This document shows, in pieces, positions 1-13,960 of a stretch of DNA of 64,000 nucleotides. Under the pieces are notes generated by a model. The model searched no databases, was not told the DNA's origin, and worked only from the letters and a program-made list of their open reading frames with translations. How positions within the stretch are numbered: the stretch's first letter is position 1; each line of letters opens with the position of its first letter. The translations under genes were made by a program, and so were the position numbers. Source of the stretch: Tubiluchus corallicola (taxonomy: Eukaryota > Animalia > Priapulida); NCBI GenBank assembly GCA_030141605.1, contig JAQGDQ010000327.1:124001-188000 (forward strand). Reading direction: 5' to 3'.

Positions 1-169
1 AACTTGAAACTTGTAACTCAAAACTTAAAATTTAGCTTCCACTGCTATGTGTATTGATGGTTAAATGGAAAATTAAGTAGTTTAGTAGAACTAGTTACAC
101 TGTTGATTTTGACTAGATTAATAGATTTTGTTGATATGTTTTGTTAAAACTTATCAAAGAGGGGGGAAA

Positions 170-389
170 TGTTCGGAAGATTTCTCTCTGCTTGCCCTTT
201 AATCTAAAGTTGTACTTATTTAGAATTGCCTGTAAAACTTGGCTTCGTTACATGCATTTAGTAGGTCAACCAATCAGAATTGAGCACGTTTTTTAGTCTA
301 CTCATTGGAAGCGAAGAAATCGCCACGTATTTGATTTGTTCTGTAAAATTGAATTTAAAATAAAAGTTTTTGGGATTTACTTCAAAACA
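170..389 (+). mobile_element. 3' LTR of an LTR retrotransposon whose body lies left of the window
   Basis: Polypurine tract aaagaggggggaaa (156-169) directly precedes TGTT; the segment ends AACA at 389 and contains AATAAA near 360. Integrase-like sequence of a second element begins right after it. Confidence 0.65.
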
Positions 390-1497
390 GATAGCACAGG
401 TAGAAAACCAGGATAGGGAAATCGCAATGTTAGACATGCTTACAGCATATCGGGATACACCACATCCCGCAACATGCGTCTCACCTTATAAAGCACTAAA
501 TAATCGAAATGTTGGAAGCAATCTATGCTACCAATCGCCAGATGGAGGAAAAGGATACCAGGATGTAGAAATAGATCAGAATGATAAAGAATATGAAGAA
601 TGTAGAATGAAGAATAATGAAGAATGTAGGAAGAAGCAACAAACATACACTAATGCTAGGAGATTACGTCTTAGTGAAACAGAGGAAAATTAACAAATGG
701 ACATCCCCATTCGAACCAATTTTATACACGATTACAAACATAAAAGGATCCCAAATTACAGCTAGGAGAACCACAGATGGGAAGGAAATCACACGTGACT
801 CATCGCATTTTAAACTTGTCAATATGCTAATGAACATGGCAGAGAAGATAGTTACAGAAGACAAACGTGAAGAATACATAACACGATTTCAGAAAAAATC
901 TGATTTGAAACAACAGCCTATTCACACAGAAGATGGTTGTTCACCGATTGGCGAGTCGCATAAACAGTCTAACACCACTTGTGATACCAATGCTACTGCA
1001 GAAGAAAGTTCCGTGGAAGGAGTACGGCGATCTAATCGACAGAAACTTTTACCCAGGAAATTTCAAGACTTTGTAATGACGTAAAGTTACAAGATCAAGA
1101 TGAAAAGAGTTTGGTTATCAAATGTTACGTTTGAATCAGATTACTTAGTTGCATTGATCTACATTGTATTACATTTAATTGAAACAAAAGAATTACAGTT
1201 GCAAACAATTTTTTGTTATGTCAGAATATTTTAAGTAAGCTTAATCCAAGACTGATTTGTATCATGTGCGAGTTCGATACTATGTTGTTCAATGTCAAGT
1301 TTGAAATTTTGTTTATTGTTACTCATTTTATGTTCTTTTCTCAAAAAAGGGAAGTAATGTAGTGATTAGGAAATAAAATGAGCCGAACTGCGATGTTTTC
1401 GTAGCAAAAGATGTGCTCGATTGAGGCACCAGGCAAAGAAGAAAGAAATCAAGTTTATCTTGTAATTTTCTATATTTTAGCCACAGTAGACACAACA
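390..1497 (+). mobile_element. Ty3/Gypsy 3' fragment: integrase C-terminus, PPT and short 3' LTR (1358-1497), inside a NUAK intron
   Basis: ORFs 370-693 (LTAYRDTPHPATCVSPY) and 617-1084 (GDYVLVKQ..PF..YTITNIKGSQITARR..ITRDSSHFK..RRSNRQK..P..FQDFV) match Gypsy integrase tails, with a frameshift. PPT aaaaaagggaagtaa is followed by TGTAGTG...CACAACA. Confidence 0.85.
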
Positions 1498-1652
1498 CTA
1501 GTCAGCTTCAAAAGTCTACTAAAATACCTTTTTGAAAAACAAAAATGTAAACAGGCAAGTGTAAATAATACTCAAGTTGAAACTGATGTAAAATTTTGAG
1601 TAAATAAGTAATGAGATAAAGTAATTGTCTAGTGCGTATAAAATATGCTTAC

Positions 1653-1773
1653 CTTCGGTAATGTGTACAATGTGAGGATGGTTAAGGCAACTCATTATCT
1701 CTATTTCTCTTTTTATCCTTACCAAATCCAAATCATTTTCAATCCTTGCTTTCCTAATCGTCTTGATAGCAAC
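1653..1773 (-). CDS. NUAK: NUAK/ARK5-family Ser/Thr kinase, coding exon 2 (subdomains II-IV)
   Basis: 121-nt exon bounded by ctctatctag| and |GTAAGC. Encodes [40 protein letters not shown], closely resembling NUAK1 [35 protein letters not shown]. The phase-0 junction fits exon 1. Confidence 0.92.
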
Positions 1774-1889
1774 CTAGATAGAGATGGTGTAATATTAATC
1801 TTGACTTTTATAAAACTTCCGATAGGTCGTCCATTTAGATTTAGATGCTATATAAATGTATTTCTCGATAGCCGGCCTTCCGACTGCAC

Positions 1890-2990
1890 TTAGGTATTAC
1901 ACATGCACACAGATTATGCGCCCACTATAACCAACAATCTTTTTTTCGGGTGCCTATGACAAAAACAAAAACGGCCCACACATCATGGTAATCCCATTTA
2001 TCTTTTCTGGCTAACAACCGAAATTGGCAAATTGCATAAACGAAATATTTCATTTGTCATATGAGACGAAGGTGTCGAAATACCTAATTTGGGAAGCCAT
2101 ATTTCTTGAAGAAAGGCTTCCGGAATCACGTGGCTAACATTCGAGTTAGAGGTGTCCTTGCGTTACTAGGTTTAAAAGCTATTAGGACCACGAGGTTCAA
2201 ATTTTTTCTGTATCTCACCAGAATTATTTATGTTGTTCAGGATAAAAGCGCCACCTAGCAGTATGGAGACATGTGGAGGTAGTCCAACCAATTCTCTATC
2301 CAACCATGTGCTACGCAACTGCCACCTGTAAACGGTTTCTGCCCTGCGGCCCACGTTGGTACCATACTTAAAATTTATGACAATAAAATCAACATTTTGA
2401 AATTTGGGAAAGAGTAACTCTTGAAGGAAGCCATTTTGAATCACGTGGCTAACACTGAAAATAGGACTGTCTTTGTACTACTAATTGCAAAAAGTTGGCG
2501 TTTTTTGAGGCCTATCTAGCATATGTTTATCGCTATTTTGTGGCTAAACGAAACACTCGCAATTTTGGCGCCAGTGTATCTGATACTACGTTTTATGGCT
2601 ACTCGAATGATTGTACTTACCACTGTTTACACAGCGTTTAAAGGAAACCATGTCGATAACTGCTATATAAGTATGGTACCGTCGTGTGTCCAGAAAAACG
2701 GGCGTAGCGTGGTTGCCTTATGGCGGTGGCGGCTATGTGGCACAATATTGATAGCGAATTGATCCGACAATCACCACTCGGCGCCATCTTGGTATGTGGC
2801 GCTTCAGGTAGGAGTAACTGATTTTCAAAAATAGACGTATTTCGACGATTTTCGGGCTATTACTCAGGCGGATCAAAGGGTCACAACCCGAAATTATAAG
2901 CACAAGTGTCCCTTTGCGCTAGCTACAAGCACATCAAATTTGGTGGTGTAGCTCTGTCTAGTTTTTAGGGTTATTCCAAAAAGATGCGTA
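1890..2990. repeat. Probable non-autonomous DNA-element remnant with internal direct repeats
   Basis: An approximately 55-bp motif (aatttgggaa...tcttgaag..a.gc...gaatcacgtggctaaca) occurs at about 2086-2140 and 2401-2455. No coding signal; ends not resolved. Confidence 0.35.
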
Positions 2991-2999
2991 TCTTTTACG

Positions 3000-5060
3000 T
3001 TGAGAAAGAACTATCTGCGTTTTTTAAATGGTCCAAATAAAGCAGCGTATTTGGAAGCTAAAGAACAGTTTGACGTCTCTCTCGCCCAAGAAATGGACGA
3101 TTGGGTAAAAGAGAACACTACAAATTTAAAAGAAGCGCAAGGAAAAGATTTTTGAAAAACCCATAGAAGACCCATAAACTTTGAAACACTCGAAAATGCG
3201 GAATAACTATTACGTTACAGGTTAGGAAAAAAGCGAAATCTTATATGAGACTGTTGTTAGTGGTTCGCATATAGACTAGCCTGAATTTGACCATAAGTGG
3301 CAATGGCAAGTGCAAGACTTTTTTTAGTCAACCTTTCCCACAAACAGTTGATGTTCTTTAAAAAGCCTGGCAAATCAGACTACAGTGGTCAATAACGATA
3401 ACATGATATTACGGAAAATTGGCAGAAAAAAATACAGAAAATCGGCTACGTCTGTTCTTTTATGATTCATTGATTACTAGATGATGAGCAGAGGGATTTA
3501 AGTAGGGCGGCAGTAGCACGCGTTATCTATTCAATTCAGTTCAATAATTTTTAATTTAGCTGATTTGCAACACTAAACGTAACAACTATATACATAATGA
3601 AAGGTACGATTTGAAAATTGTTCAAATCAGTCTCGAGGAGAATAGGAGCGCGAGCTTTCGAGACTCACCACTAGACGGCGCAAACACGTGCACGGTGCAG
3701 CAGAGAAATACACACAAAATATCCCAAAGTTAAAACAATATTCATTTATAAAAACAATTAATAATAATAAGAATAATACAGACAATGAGAGTAGAGGTAC
3801 TTAAAAACGCCAATTAGCAAGTTAGGTAACGAGTTAGTAATAAATCACACACACACTTTTTAAAACATTTTTAAAACAATGTACGAAACATATCTAGCCG
3901 CACAAAGATATTGTGATAAACTCTTTGACTGACGCTGTAAGTGGCGCATTAATATGAACTGCGCAGTTAATAAAACTGAGGCTATCTATAAAAACTCGCT
4001 AAATCAAAAATAAGAACCTACCCGCTAAATTTGATATTCGGTAAGGCACAAATCTCCTATATCGACAAAACCAAAATTTTAGGTGTCACTCTAGATAATG
4101 ATCTTAATTTTACTGTCCATGCCGGGATATTAGGCAGAAAGCTTGGTATTAGTGGATCAAAATAAAGAATTGGTGTTTTAAATACAAAGGGCTTAAATTA
4201 GAAATAGAGATCAGTCTTGTAAAAGTGGTCGTTTTCCCACGATACTGTACGCAGCTACAGCATGGATAGACAAACAAATACCGCATTTGACGATCTCATT
4301 TATGATATCCCCAAAACTGCAGTCGGTGTAGCGTATGACACACCTAAAAAGGTACTTGAATTAATATGCGATTTTATGACAACAGTGAGCACATTCTTAA
4401 TGAAAGTAATATGCAAGTCAGATGAAGATCTGGTTAAGCGTGAAATACAGACAATAGAACATAGCCTCAGTCGTTGCCAACTAACAGGGCATTTTCTAGC
4501 TGGACATAGCTCAGGCAAAATTCTTTGCAAAAATACTAAAAGCGTGGAAATCTTACGTAATGAATGTCTAACACCGGTTTGCCAACTCAAGACAGAGCAA
4601 AGTATAGCAAATTGGAGATAAACAAATTTGTCATAGATCAGTGGCAGAGTAAGTTGCAACGTAATACGCAGTTAACTGGCGCGCGTCCGGAAGTTATTTC
4701 AATTTCTACTAACACATTAAGACGGCCGCAGGGAAAATATGATAGACTAACAAAAACTAGTGCACTTTCATTATTGTTAGGCAGAGCTTGTAAAGCTTTT
4801 AGGCAGAGGCTAGGATTAGTTGAAGATGACAAATATCAATATAGTAGCATCCAAACACGGGAACATTTAATTTTTGATTGCCAACTAGTATTAGACAAAC
4901 GCAGGACAGCTTTGAAAAATGCAACTGGGAATAGAAATATAAGAAATATATGTAGGCAACGTGACGAAAATGTTTTAAAACTGTATTTAGCAATAGAGTA
5001 ATTACTAATTAAAATTCGTATTAGCTATAAAATAAACTAGTGTAATTAAATAATAATGGT
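3000..5060 (+). mobile_element. Decayed non-LTR retrotransposon (LINE) ORF2 fragments, interrupted by an inverted insert at about 3530-3960
   Basis: LKKPGKSDYS (about 3358), PKFLGVTLDNDLNFTVHA (about 4070) and a C-terminal TREHLIFDC knuckle remnant (about 4855); many stops and frameshifts. Confidence 0.7.
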
Positions 5061-5655
5061 ACTAACAATAATTTTAATTAAATCTGCTATGAGCTGTTGT
5101 ATGTAAATTTCAATTGTATAAAATTACTTGGTTACTTATTTTGTTATTTTAAAAATGGTGATAAACAAATAAACTTACTTGCTTGGAAAACTGATATTGC
5201 AACGCCATTGTTTTTGATGTCATTCTATTATATTCTGTCTATAATCTTTGCTTTGTTCCTCAATATTATTATTATTGAACTGGATTTTCATATGAGTTAC
5301 GTCTCTTAACAGTTATCCGACGACCATTAAACCAATAAATCATGTTCAAATTAATTTTATGTATAATGTTACAAACCTTCAATTACTAAAATCTTGATAA
5401 CCAAAACAAATAGTTTGGTATCAAAATTTCGTTAATTGTGGATTTGTAACATCATTAACAACAAGCTTGGTGATTATACCAGTTATTACATGTATGTTTG
5501 TGGCCACATTTTGCCCTGTAATAAAATACCTCACGCTTGGAATGAGTGAGTGAAACCAATTACATTTCAGGTCATGCGGCAACAATATACGAACGAAATT
5601 ATGAAAGACGAAAGGAAAACCAATTACATGACTCGTATTTTGACAATACACTTAC

Positions 5656-5868
5656 CCTCTGTTCAGAATTTTTATCGATGGCTAATTGAACTTTTCCATA
5701 CGTGCCTCTACCAATGGTTTTTACAATGTGAAACCGAGATGAAAGCGTCTGCTGTTTTGGATATTCGATAAATGCTGGATGACAACTGACCATTGCTGCT
5801 TCTAGTGTTTCAACATTACTGTTTCTGTCCACTGAGGTGTCACTAACAAAAATAGTTCCTTTTTCCAT
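5656..5868 (-). CDS. NUAK: NUAK/ARK5-family kinase, first coding exon (N-terminus and Gly-rich loop)
   Basis: ATG at 5868; MEKGTIF...TLSSRFHIVKTIGRGTYGKVQLAIDKNSEQR, then a phase-0 donor AGG|GTAAGT that joins the VAIK exon. A likely acceptor ttcattttag| at 6244 would extend the exon as 5'UTR to 6243. Confidence 0.9.
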
Positions 5869-6329
5869 TATTATTATTATTATTGTATAGTGTTAATTTA
5901 TCACTTTGTATTAATTCACCTGTATCTCTTGTAATAAAAGTGTCTTTGTTTATTCACCAATGATTGTTTTTGGCAGAGGTATAACATTGATGACTGACGT
6001 CCAAATAGTCTTTTACATGCCTTTTATGCATTGATGTTGCGGATTCCAATCAAATGAGGCGTTAAATTTTTGCTGAATCTCCTGATGCAAAGGCGTGCTT
6101 TGCTGTTTAGTATGTGCGGATTTTCAGTTGTTGATAGTCTTCAACAAATTTGTTTTTTTTCTGAAATAGTTCCAGATGCACAACTGGCTGGTCGTGACGT
6201 TCTCTTTGATTTACTAACAATACATCACGTATAGTCGTTGGACCTAAAATGAAAATTATTATGGAACGGTAGTCTTTATGATTTTGCCTGGCTGACGTCT
6301 AAAATCCAAATTACACCACACGACTTTAG

Positions 6330-6930
6330 CCCGTCCTGCAGTACATCCGGTTTGTGTATGCACTGCAGGACCCTACCCATACATAGTCTTGCAGTGTACC
6401 AGTCTGTGTATATTCTACAGGCCCTGTCATAGATGATGACATTGCACCGATTACCAGTAAAACAATTGATTCTTGAACATCTTGCTTAATTTGGTACACT
6501 GACCAAGCCATTTTACAAATACTATACAATGTCTAAGTAGTGTACAAAATACTTAGGAAAAGTTCGATCCTACATAGATTATTGCATTTTACACTTTGTC
6601 AAAGTAACTTTACGTATTTTATATAAATCCTAGTTGTTATGCAAAATGTCTAGGTAAAGCGTGAAAGAGTTGTAGGAAGAAAATTTATTCCACACTATTT
6701 CCGAAATGCGTAGGTGTTTTATGACATGCCTAGGAATTTTATAGTGTCTAAATTTTACTCATTGCCTGTAACATATGCACTGCAAGCCAAAAGCCCATAC
6801 ATGGTCTTGCAGTGGATCGGCTTTGAATATACACTGGAGAACGAACCCTAGCCCATATATAGTCTTGCTGTATACCTGTTTTATCTACAAAGTGCAGGAC
6901 CCTAGTCCCAACATAGCTTTGCAGTTTATT
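6330..6930. repeat. Degenerate array of about 57-bp units interrupted by a dispersed repeat
   Basis: The unit (tgcaggaccctagcccatacatagtcttgcagt-like) recurs at about 6362, 6780, 6840 and 6892; the insert ends at 6773. Confidence 0.55.
6580..6773 (-). repeat. Dispersed MITE-like repeat, inverted copy of 13773-13960
   Basis: Ends ...gtctaaattttactcattgcctgtaaca, the reverse complement of tgttacaggcaaagcgtaaaatttagac at 13773. Homology extends over about 190 bp. Confidence 0.75.
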
Positions 6931-7269
6931 TGCAGGCTTTTTTGCGTGCCTGAGCTATGAAATTTATAACATAGGTCGTTTGCCAGATTAGCCTAAGTGA
7001 AAGTACTCTTAGAAAGAAGAGATTTTTATTTTTTATTCACCTAATTGTGGAGAGAAGCACGCTTCAAGATAAGAGAGAAAATGTGTAAAATTCCTTGGTA
7101 AAAGTTGAGGCACTTTGAAAGTGAGGAACAGGTTGTTTGTTCATTTGATGTAAGCGATTCCAGGAGCGAATACTAGTAATGGCACAAGCGCAAAATGGTG
7201 GCTTACACTCACGAGCATGTGAAGCGTCTCCAGGAGGCGTGGTATTCTAATCCCATTTTCAGAAAAGCG

Positions 7270-9370
7270 AAATCCTGGAGGCGTTTTTTTTCTAAAAATA
7301 GACAACAGAGCCAGTTTTATCAATTTGACTAAGTTGAAACCGAAAAACGCTGTCGTCAGCTAGAGAAATTAGTGGAAAGGAGCTAAAAACGAAAAAAATG
7401 GCCTCCAAGCTTTTGCATAAAGAGCAAAAGAAGCAATAAAAAGAAATTTTCAGAAAATGAACATTAAGAAGCCAATATGACATCTATTCCAGGATAGATG
7501 TGCCTATTTCTGTCATTTTTATTTAAAAATGACTGCCGCTTTCAAATGGCCGCCACGCGATGACGAAATAATGCCGGTCATGCAGTTACATTAACGGTTT
7601 CATCACAAGATTCATTATGCAAACAAAAAGCAATCTTCTTGACTCCAGTAAGCTGCTACCAGCCCCAAAATAATGCAATGCGATTCAAACAGCGCGACAA
7701 GTTCAAAAGAGTTTAATAGTTTAAAAATAAAAAACAAAATGGCCGACGGGTCCTTATATAATTGTCTAGTAGAATGGTGAAAAGCCTGCTCTTTTTGCTT
7801 ACGTTTCAAAATTTTGCACGACGTTAAAGCCAGTCAAGGTGATTAACTGGTACACCACTTGTGTAACATATTAGCTACATTGCCTGACCTAAGGTAAATA
7901 GGACGACGATATTAGTATTGATAGGTAGGTTTTACAGGTCGAGGATTTTCACACCAAAATCATCATTTTTATCTGCTCTGACAAATGTGATGACACCTTT
8001 ATATGCTAGCGATAGAAATCTTTTTGGCCACCTGGAAAGTGGCGGCCTCATTGGGTCACTAATCATAGCTGTTACTTTTAAAGCCCTATATCTATATACT
8101 TAAATTATCATCCTAACCGCCGCAGCCTGACAGCGCCACCTTGAAATTGACCTTGATGCCAGAATCTAACAGAATGGTGAAAAACTTGCCCATTTCGTCT
8201 AAAAGTTACGAAACTTTGCACAAAGCTAAAACCTATCAAAGGGATTAAATTTGGATATGAGGCTAAACAAATATTGCCGCCATTTCAAAATGCCGTAGAA
8301 AATGGAAGGCTATTGCTAGTTTTTTAAAGCCGTATCTTTGCTACTCGAGCAGAGCAAATAAGTGTTTTTAAGTGTTAGTTGTGGGTTAGTTGACCCTTAA
8401 AATCTATATTTAGACACTAAATTCATAATCTTATCTGTTCTAATAGTTTTATAGCCTTTATATGCTAGCGAGCCATCTGATTAGTAACCTTGAAAAGGGC
8501 GCCCATATTGTAGGATTCTTTATTATATGCAAAATCAATCATATTGAGGGGTTCTAGCATTATGCTAAATTTTATAACTTTTAGAGGAAATGATTCTGCT
8601 GGACTATATGTGGGGGATCCAGCAGCCATTTTCTTTTTTGCTTAGTTTTTATTGCATCCTGTTATTAGTCTAGCAGTATTTAGATTCAACAAGGTCGAAT
8701 TGATAAAATGACTTGGTTTTTATTTTTATAATAAATCTTTGGTAAAACATGTTATAGAAGTTATTGGCATAATTCTTTTTGTGCGGTGACCATTTTGAAA
8801 ACTGCAGCCATTTTTGTAACAAAAGTAACAGTAGCAGATTACAAAGGAAGTAGATACTATATAGTCTAGATATTATATCTATTCCCCTGGAGTAGATGTC
8901 GTCATCACTTTATAACAGTAATTTTCTGATAACTTGTTTGATTGACATTGTGTGCGCAAAAACTTTGCAGCCCTTTTGTTTTTTTTGTATTTTTTACCAT
9001 TTTCATTTAATTTTTCAAGCCGGCGGCAGCCCTTTTTGGATTCAGCATAGTCAAATTGATTAGACTGGCTATGTTGCCCACTTTTAGAAAAAAACGCCCC
9101 TAGAACTTTTCGTTATTTTTTAAACAAAAATGGCAGTAATGGGTTTCACGGGTCAAACTGCCAGGGAATAGATGTCATAATGACTTTTTAATGTTAATTT
9201 TCTGGGAATTTCTTTTAATTTACTTGACTATGGCCATTTTGTTTTTGCGTTTTTATCCGCTTTCCGCTAATTCTTAGAGCTGGCAACAACTTGTTTTGGA
9301 TTCAGCATAATCAAATTGATAAGACTGGGTTTTTTGCCCGCTTTCAGAAAAAAACGTCCCCAGAACTTTA
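7270..9370. mobile_element. Foldback-like non-autonomous element with long modular inverted repeats
   Basis: About 7270-7500 is a diverged reverse complement of about 9160-9370. The module ggattcagcatagtcaaattgat repeats at about 8682, 9038 and 9298. Internal direct repeats: agaatggtgaaaa (7771, 8171) and tttatatgctagcga (about 7998, 8457). No TSD resolved. Confidence 0.65.
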
Positions 9371-10240
9371 TAGAAGAGTACTTTTTCAGGATTTGGGTCT
9401 AGGGCCCTGGACTGTACGTCATTCAGTCTATCAGGAAGTCAGTTTGTACGTCTATAATTTGCTGTTATTGGTTTAAGGGAGGAATAGAAAAATTCTATAC
9501 AGAAACAGGTAGATTTGGAGCAGAAAATTAAAGAGGTGGCGGCTGCACAGCTTTAGCTAATTAGCTAGACCTTTCTTGCCAGTAGGGGAAATTGAACCAG
9601 AGCGTTCCTTTGCGGGAGGAGGAACATATAGATCTTTGATCACGGCTGCTGCCAGAGTACTAGCTGTTTAGGCTGCGCAAGTGCACATGTATGGAAGGCT
9701 AGCGTCAACGTGTAGCTTTCGAGCGTAAAAAAATTCTTTAAAAGCATCACAACGTGGTCTAAAATCAAATACTGTGAAAAGGATCATTCCTGAGCAAATT
9801 TCAAACTTGTCTATTGTAAACCCTGTTGCAACTGCTGCCAATAGTGAAGATGCTAGTACTAATAATAAAGCCTTAAACCGTTCGGTTAGATGTAAAGTTG
9901 CCATTTATTAACAATCTGAGAGCAAATAACAATAGCCATATTTTATAGGATTACCAATATAAAACCAGTGTTTATCAGTACGAAAAACTTGTTCATAGCT
10001 TTAAGTTTCAGAGAAAAGGATGTTCTTCCTAGCCTTTTTAGTCTTACTTATGTAGTCCATAGTTTTAAGATTTAAATCCTTGGTTTATATTTGTTATTTA
10101 TTTAATCATCATTTGAAAACGGTTGTAGAACAACCAAAACGTCGTATTTGTATAATAGAAGTGCGTGCTTCATTGGTATTTATGATGATGTATTCATTCG
10201 TTGTGTAAGTTGTGAGTGCAACAAGCGACTGAATAAATGG

Positions 10241-10253
10241 CAACAATAGCAAT

Positions 10254-10338
<85 letters not shown>

Positions 10339-10378
10339 CGGCAACGACAGCAACTGTAACAACAACAGCAGCAACAAA
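10241..10378. repeat. (CAA)n microsatellite
   Basis: Directly visible; source of the spurious poly-V/L/C ORFs. Confidence 0.97.
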
Positions 10379-10573
10379 CAACGATTTCAAACAGCCAAAT
10401 TATTTATAGTAGACTGCTTGATTGGCAGCTCTTCATGGTTTTGGTAATGCTTGACGTATGCATCCTGAAACTGACAATTTTTTGCCACAGCTAATAATCT
10501 CTGTGCAGCACATCGCTAGGCAATGTGCAACTTTTAAATCTCCAGACTGGTGAACAGCCGAATAGTCACTCAC

Positions 10574-10658
10574 ATGTGATTCGCCACGAATGGGTCTGTG
10601 AGTGGCTCTTGGCCGGCTGACATCCATTCACCAAAGCAGTCTTGGTCACTGCTTTGCA
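10574..10658 (-). other. Candidate 85-nt 5'UTR exon of NUAK
   Basis: Strong acceptor ttttgttttgttttctcattacag| and donor CAT|GTGAGT on the NUAK strand, upstream of the first coding exon. Confidence 0.55.
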
Positions 10659-11214
10659 CTGTAATGAGAAAACAAAACAAAATGAGAAAGTTTGTGTTAA
10701 CGAGTTTCGTTCGATTGTTGACTAATGTTTATGGTTAAAATTTCCCTTCAATCTTGCATTTTCTAGCTGTACCTGCTTGGTTATATACTAAACTTTTTTT
10801 AGGTATTTGTCGTTGTGAACGAAAGAAAATCACAAAAAATGCATTTAATTAACAATTACATTAATAACCTGCAAAACCGCCATTACTGCAGTAGATATGG
10901 CTTCTGCCTATCTGTTAACTGTTCTAAAAATGGGCCTAGCTTAATAGTGAACGGTTTGTTCTAGTTTTGCTACATTCTGTTCTACTAGTTGTCTGTTACA
11001 AGACGTTATATGGAGACATCTTTTTACTTATATTTCTTTTGAAACTTCGACATCAATAAACGTTTAAAGTGTATTCTACTGTTATACCTTTCGTCAACAC
11101 GACAACAGGGTAACAGTACAAAGTCAGTTTATTTATAATTATTGTGAGCCTGAGTTTTAAATAAATTATTACACAAATTAGTACACATGTTAGCTAAAAC
11201 ATGTTAGTACGAAA

Positions 11215-11421
<207 letters not shown>

Positions 11422-12289
11422 TAATAAAATCTGTTTCTGTCTCTCTCTTTCAGTCTCTTTCTAATTTTGCTTATCTTTCTTTTCTTGTTGGACCGGCTGT
11501 GTGCTAATGACCACTTCACCCAACAGAATTACCCTTAATCATTCGAGGTAATTTCAAGACTTTAGACTGAAGACGCCAGGTCACGCAGTATTTTAGCATC
11601 TCATAACAATACCTCACCTGAGCAAATACGTCAACTGACACTTTTTTCTCTTTGAAAAAACTTAAATACCGCGAATGTTAGACGGAGATTTTTCTTATTG
11701 ACAAGAACGGTGAATATCACGTATTGTCTCTTGAAAGAGAACACAATTTTAGGATTATATATCGAACAACACGTTGGTGTAAACCACTAGGTGCTTTTTA
11801 GAAGTCTTATAAAAAGCTCCTTCGATGACAGCTTGACTAACTAATTATTCAGCAGTCTTCATTAAAATATACATTTCTGTTGATTCAGAAGCCTTGCATA
11901 AATAGCTCAACAATGTCTGCTCATCTTAAATATCACTAACGTTCAAATTTTCTCTTAAATGTGCTGCATAAAACCGGGTTAAATGAATTTAAAGTACAGT
12001 ACTGCAGAACAAACATAGCCAGACATCGTTTAACATTCACTTGGCCTCTACTTATTTCTCAAATCGCTAGAATAATACGAATATTCACCCAAGTAGTTGC
12101 ATCATATCAATGCCTAATTAACTGATTAGTTGCCTAATCAATCCGTTTCTTCAACTAAAATACTCATTCTTATCTTTTCTGTTCATCATTTAAGTCTCAT
12201 CTTCATAACACTGCGAAAATTGCTGACTGGGTTTTACATCATCGATCCTGGCTGTCTTATCATCATCGGCAGCATCAATTCATTCTCAC

Positions 12290-12405
12290 TGTCATGATCA
12301 TCATCATCATTATCACCACTATCACCACCATCACCATCATTATTATCATCATCATCACCACTGTCTTTATTATTATCATCATCGTTGTCATCTTCATCAT
12401 CAACA
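12290..12405. repeat. Degenerate (ATC)n microsatellite
   Basis: Directly visible. Confidence 0.85.
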
Positions 12406-13299
12406 TAATAAATGCCGTTTGCACTTTTTGTTTTTGCTTATTTATTAGCATCTATTGTTTGTCTATTCTTTCATGAATTGTAGTTAAGGACTATCCATGT
12501 TGAGCGTAGCTAATAAGTTAAAAAAATCTTCTGCTCATAACACGGTAACGTAGTGAAGTTTGTCAACAAATTGTTGAATAATGTGATCATTGTTATGATT
12601 ATAATGATAAAATTAATGGATAAACAACTAAATCTAAATCTAAATCAGTTTGATTGCTGCTATTTCCGGTAAAGCTACATAAACAAGCTCATTACAGGGA
12701 TATCTAGGTAACTATGCCAATAGTTAGAGTAATATTGCAATTCAGATCAGATTGACCACTAGGGCTCCGTGAATTAGTCAGCATACAGCGTTACATTGTA
12801 CATGTATAATTATTTATTTTACTGTGGACTACAGTTTACTCAAATAGAGAAGGCAACTTTCCGCATTTGATTGTCTTATCGTCGAAGATCAGCATCCTCG
12901 AAATAAGGTGACAATAACTGTTCTGACGTATCGTCTAGTTATTTTTTATTTCAGCGAAATAAAAATTCTCGGACTTTTTTATCAGCTGAAATTAGCATTA
13001 AATGGTGTCCGAGTACTGCTATCTGGTCTTTGACTCCGATGCGTTGCGCATTGAAAAATTAAATAACAAAGTTCACAAGAAAGAAAGAAGGAAGTGCGAA
13101 TAAAGAAAATAGAAAGGGTAGGCGAGTGAAAGAATAGTCTCAAAAAAAAGGAAAAATTGACCTGGAAAACCCAGCTTCAACTAATAGCTCAAGATTTCAA
13201 AAATCAGGGAATAATTTGTAAAGTCAGACATTTTTGCCAAAATATATTCTACCAGTACAATTGTCGAATTTTAGCATATTATCGATAGTGTAATATTGC

Positions 13300-13700
13300 A
13301 ATATTGTATTATAGCAATTATCTATCGAGGCTGGCTAAACTTTATTTTCTTTAAAAACGTGTTGTTAGAACCATATTATTTCTATCTAGTAAAGAATATG
13401 CTCCACCGACATTTAAGTGTCTAGGCTTTTTAAATGTTTACAATATAATTGAACTTGAAACTGCTATTTTTGTGTACAAGTACCACGATAGTTTACTTCC
13501 ATCGTTATTTGACTATGTTGAGCAAAACGTAAATATTCATGGTAACAAGCATAACCATCACACCGTTAAATGCAATGCTTCAAAAATTTTCAACAATACA
13601 CCGCGTTCTGTTATATGGGGTGCTAACCATGAAATTTAAAATTTGTTATTAGATTCAAAATTTAAAAGAAAACACAAATACTCTCCACTCCAGCAGTGCA
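13300..13700 (+). mobile_element. CR1/L2-group LINE 3' fragment
   Basis: Translates VRTILFLSSKEYAPPTFKCLGFLNVYNIIELETAIFVYKYHDSLLPSLFDYVEQNVNIH, typical of the ORF2 tail of CR1-group LINEs. Confidence 0.65.
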
Positions 13701-13772
13701 GTACAACTGTGCAATGTTTTCGTTTCAATGTAGGCTACTATTTTAATTGATATATACATACATATACAGTAT

Positions 13773-13960
13773 TGTTACAGGCAAAGCGTAAAATTTAGAC
13801 ATTTATAAAATTCCTAGGCATTTTATATAATACTTATGCATTTCGGGAAAGTGTAAACCAAATGTTTTTGCTGTGACTCTTTCATACTTTTCGTGGACGT
13901 TTTTTACAATAACTAGGATTTATAACTAGGCGTAAAGTAGCTTTGGCAATGTGTAAAATG
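13773..13960 (+). repeat. Second copy of the dispersed MITE-like repeat (see 6580-6773)
   Basis: Reverse-complement homology to 6580-6773. Confidence 0.75.

Noticed and set aside
6330-6930. Spaced repeats superficially like a CRISPR array
   Set aside because: Eukaryotic context, degenerate units, irregular spacing and no cas genes.
9668-9904. 78-aa ORF with a signal-peptide-like N-terminus
   Set aside because: No recognisable homology or splice support; consistent with chance.
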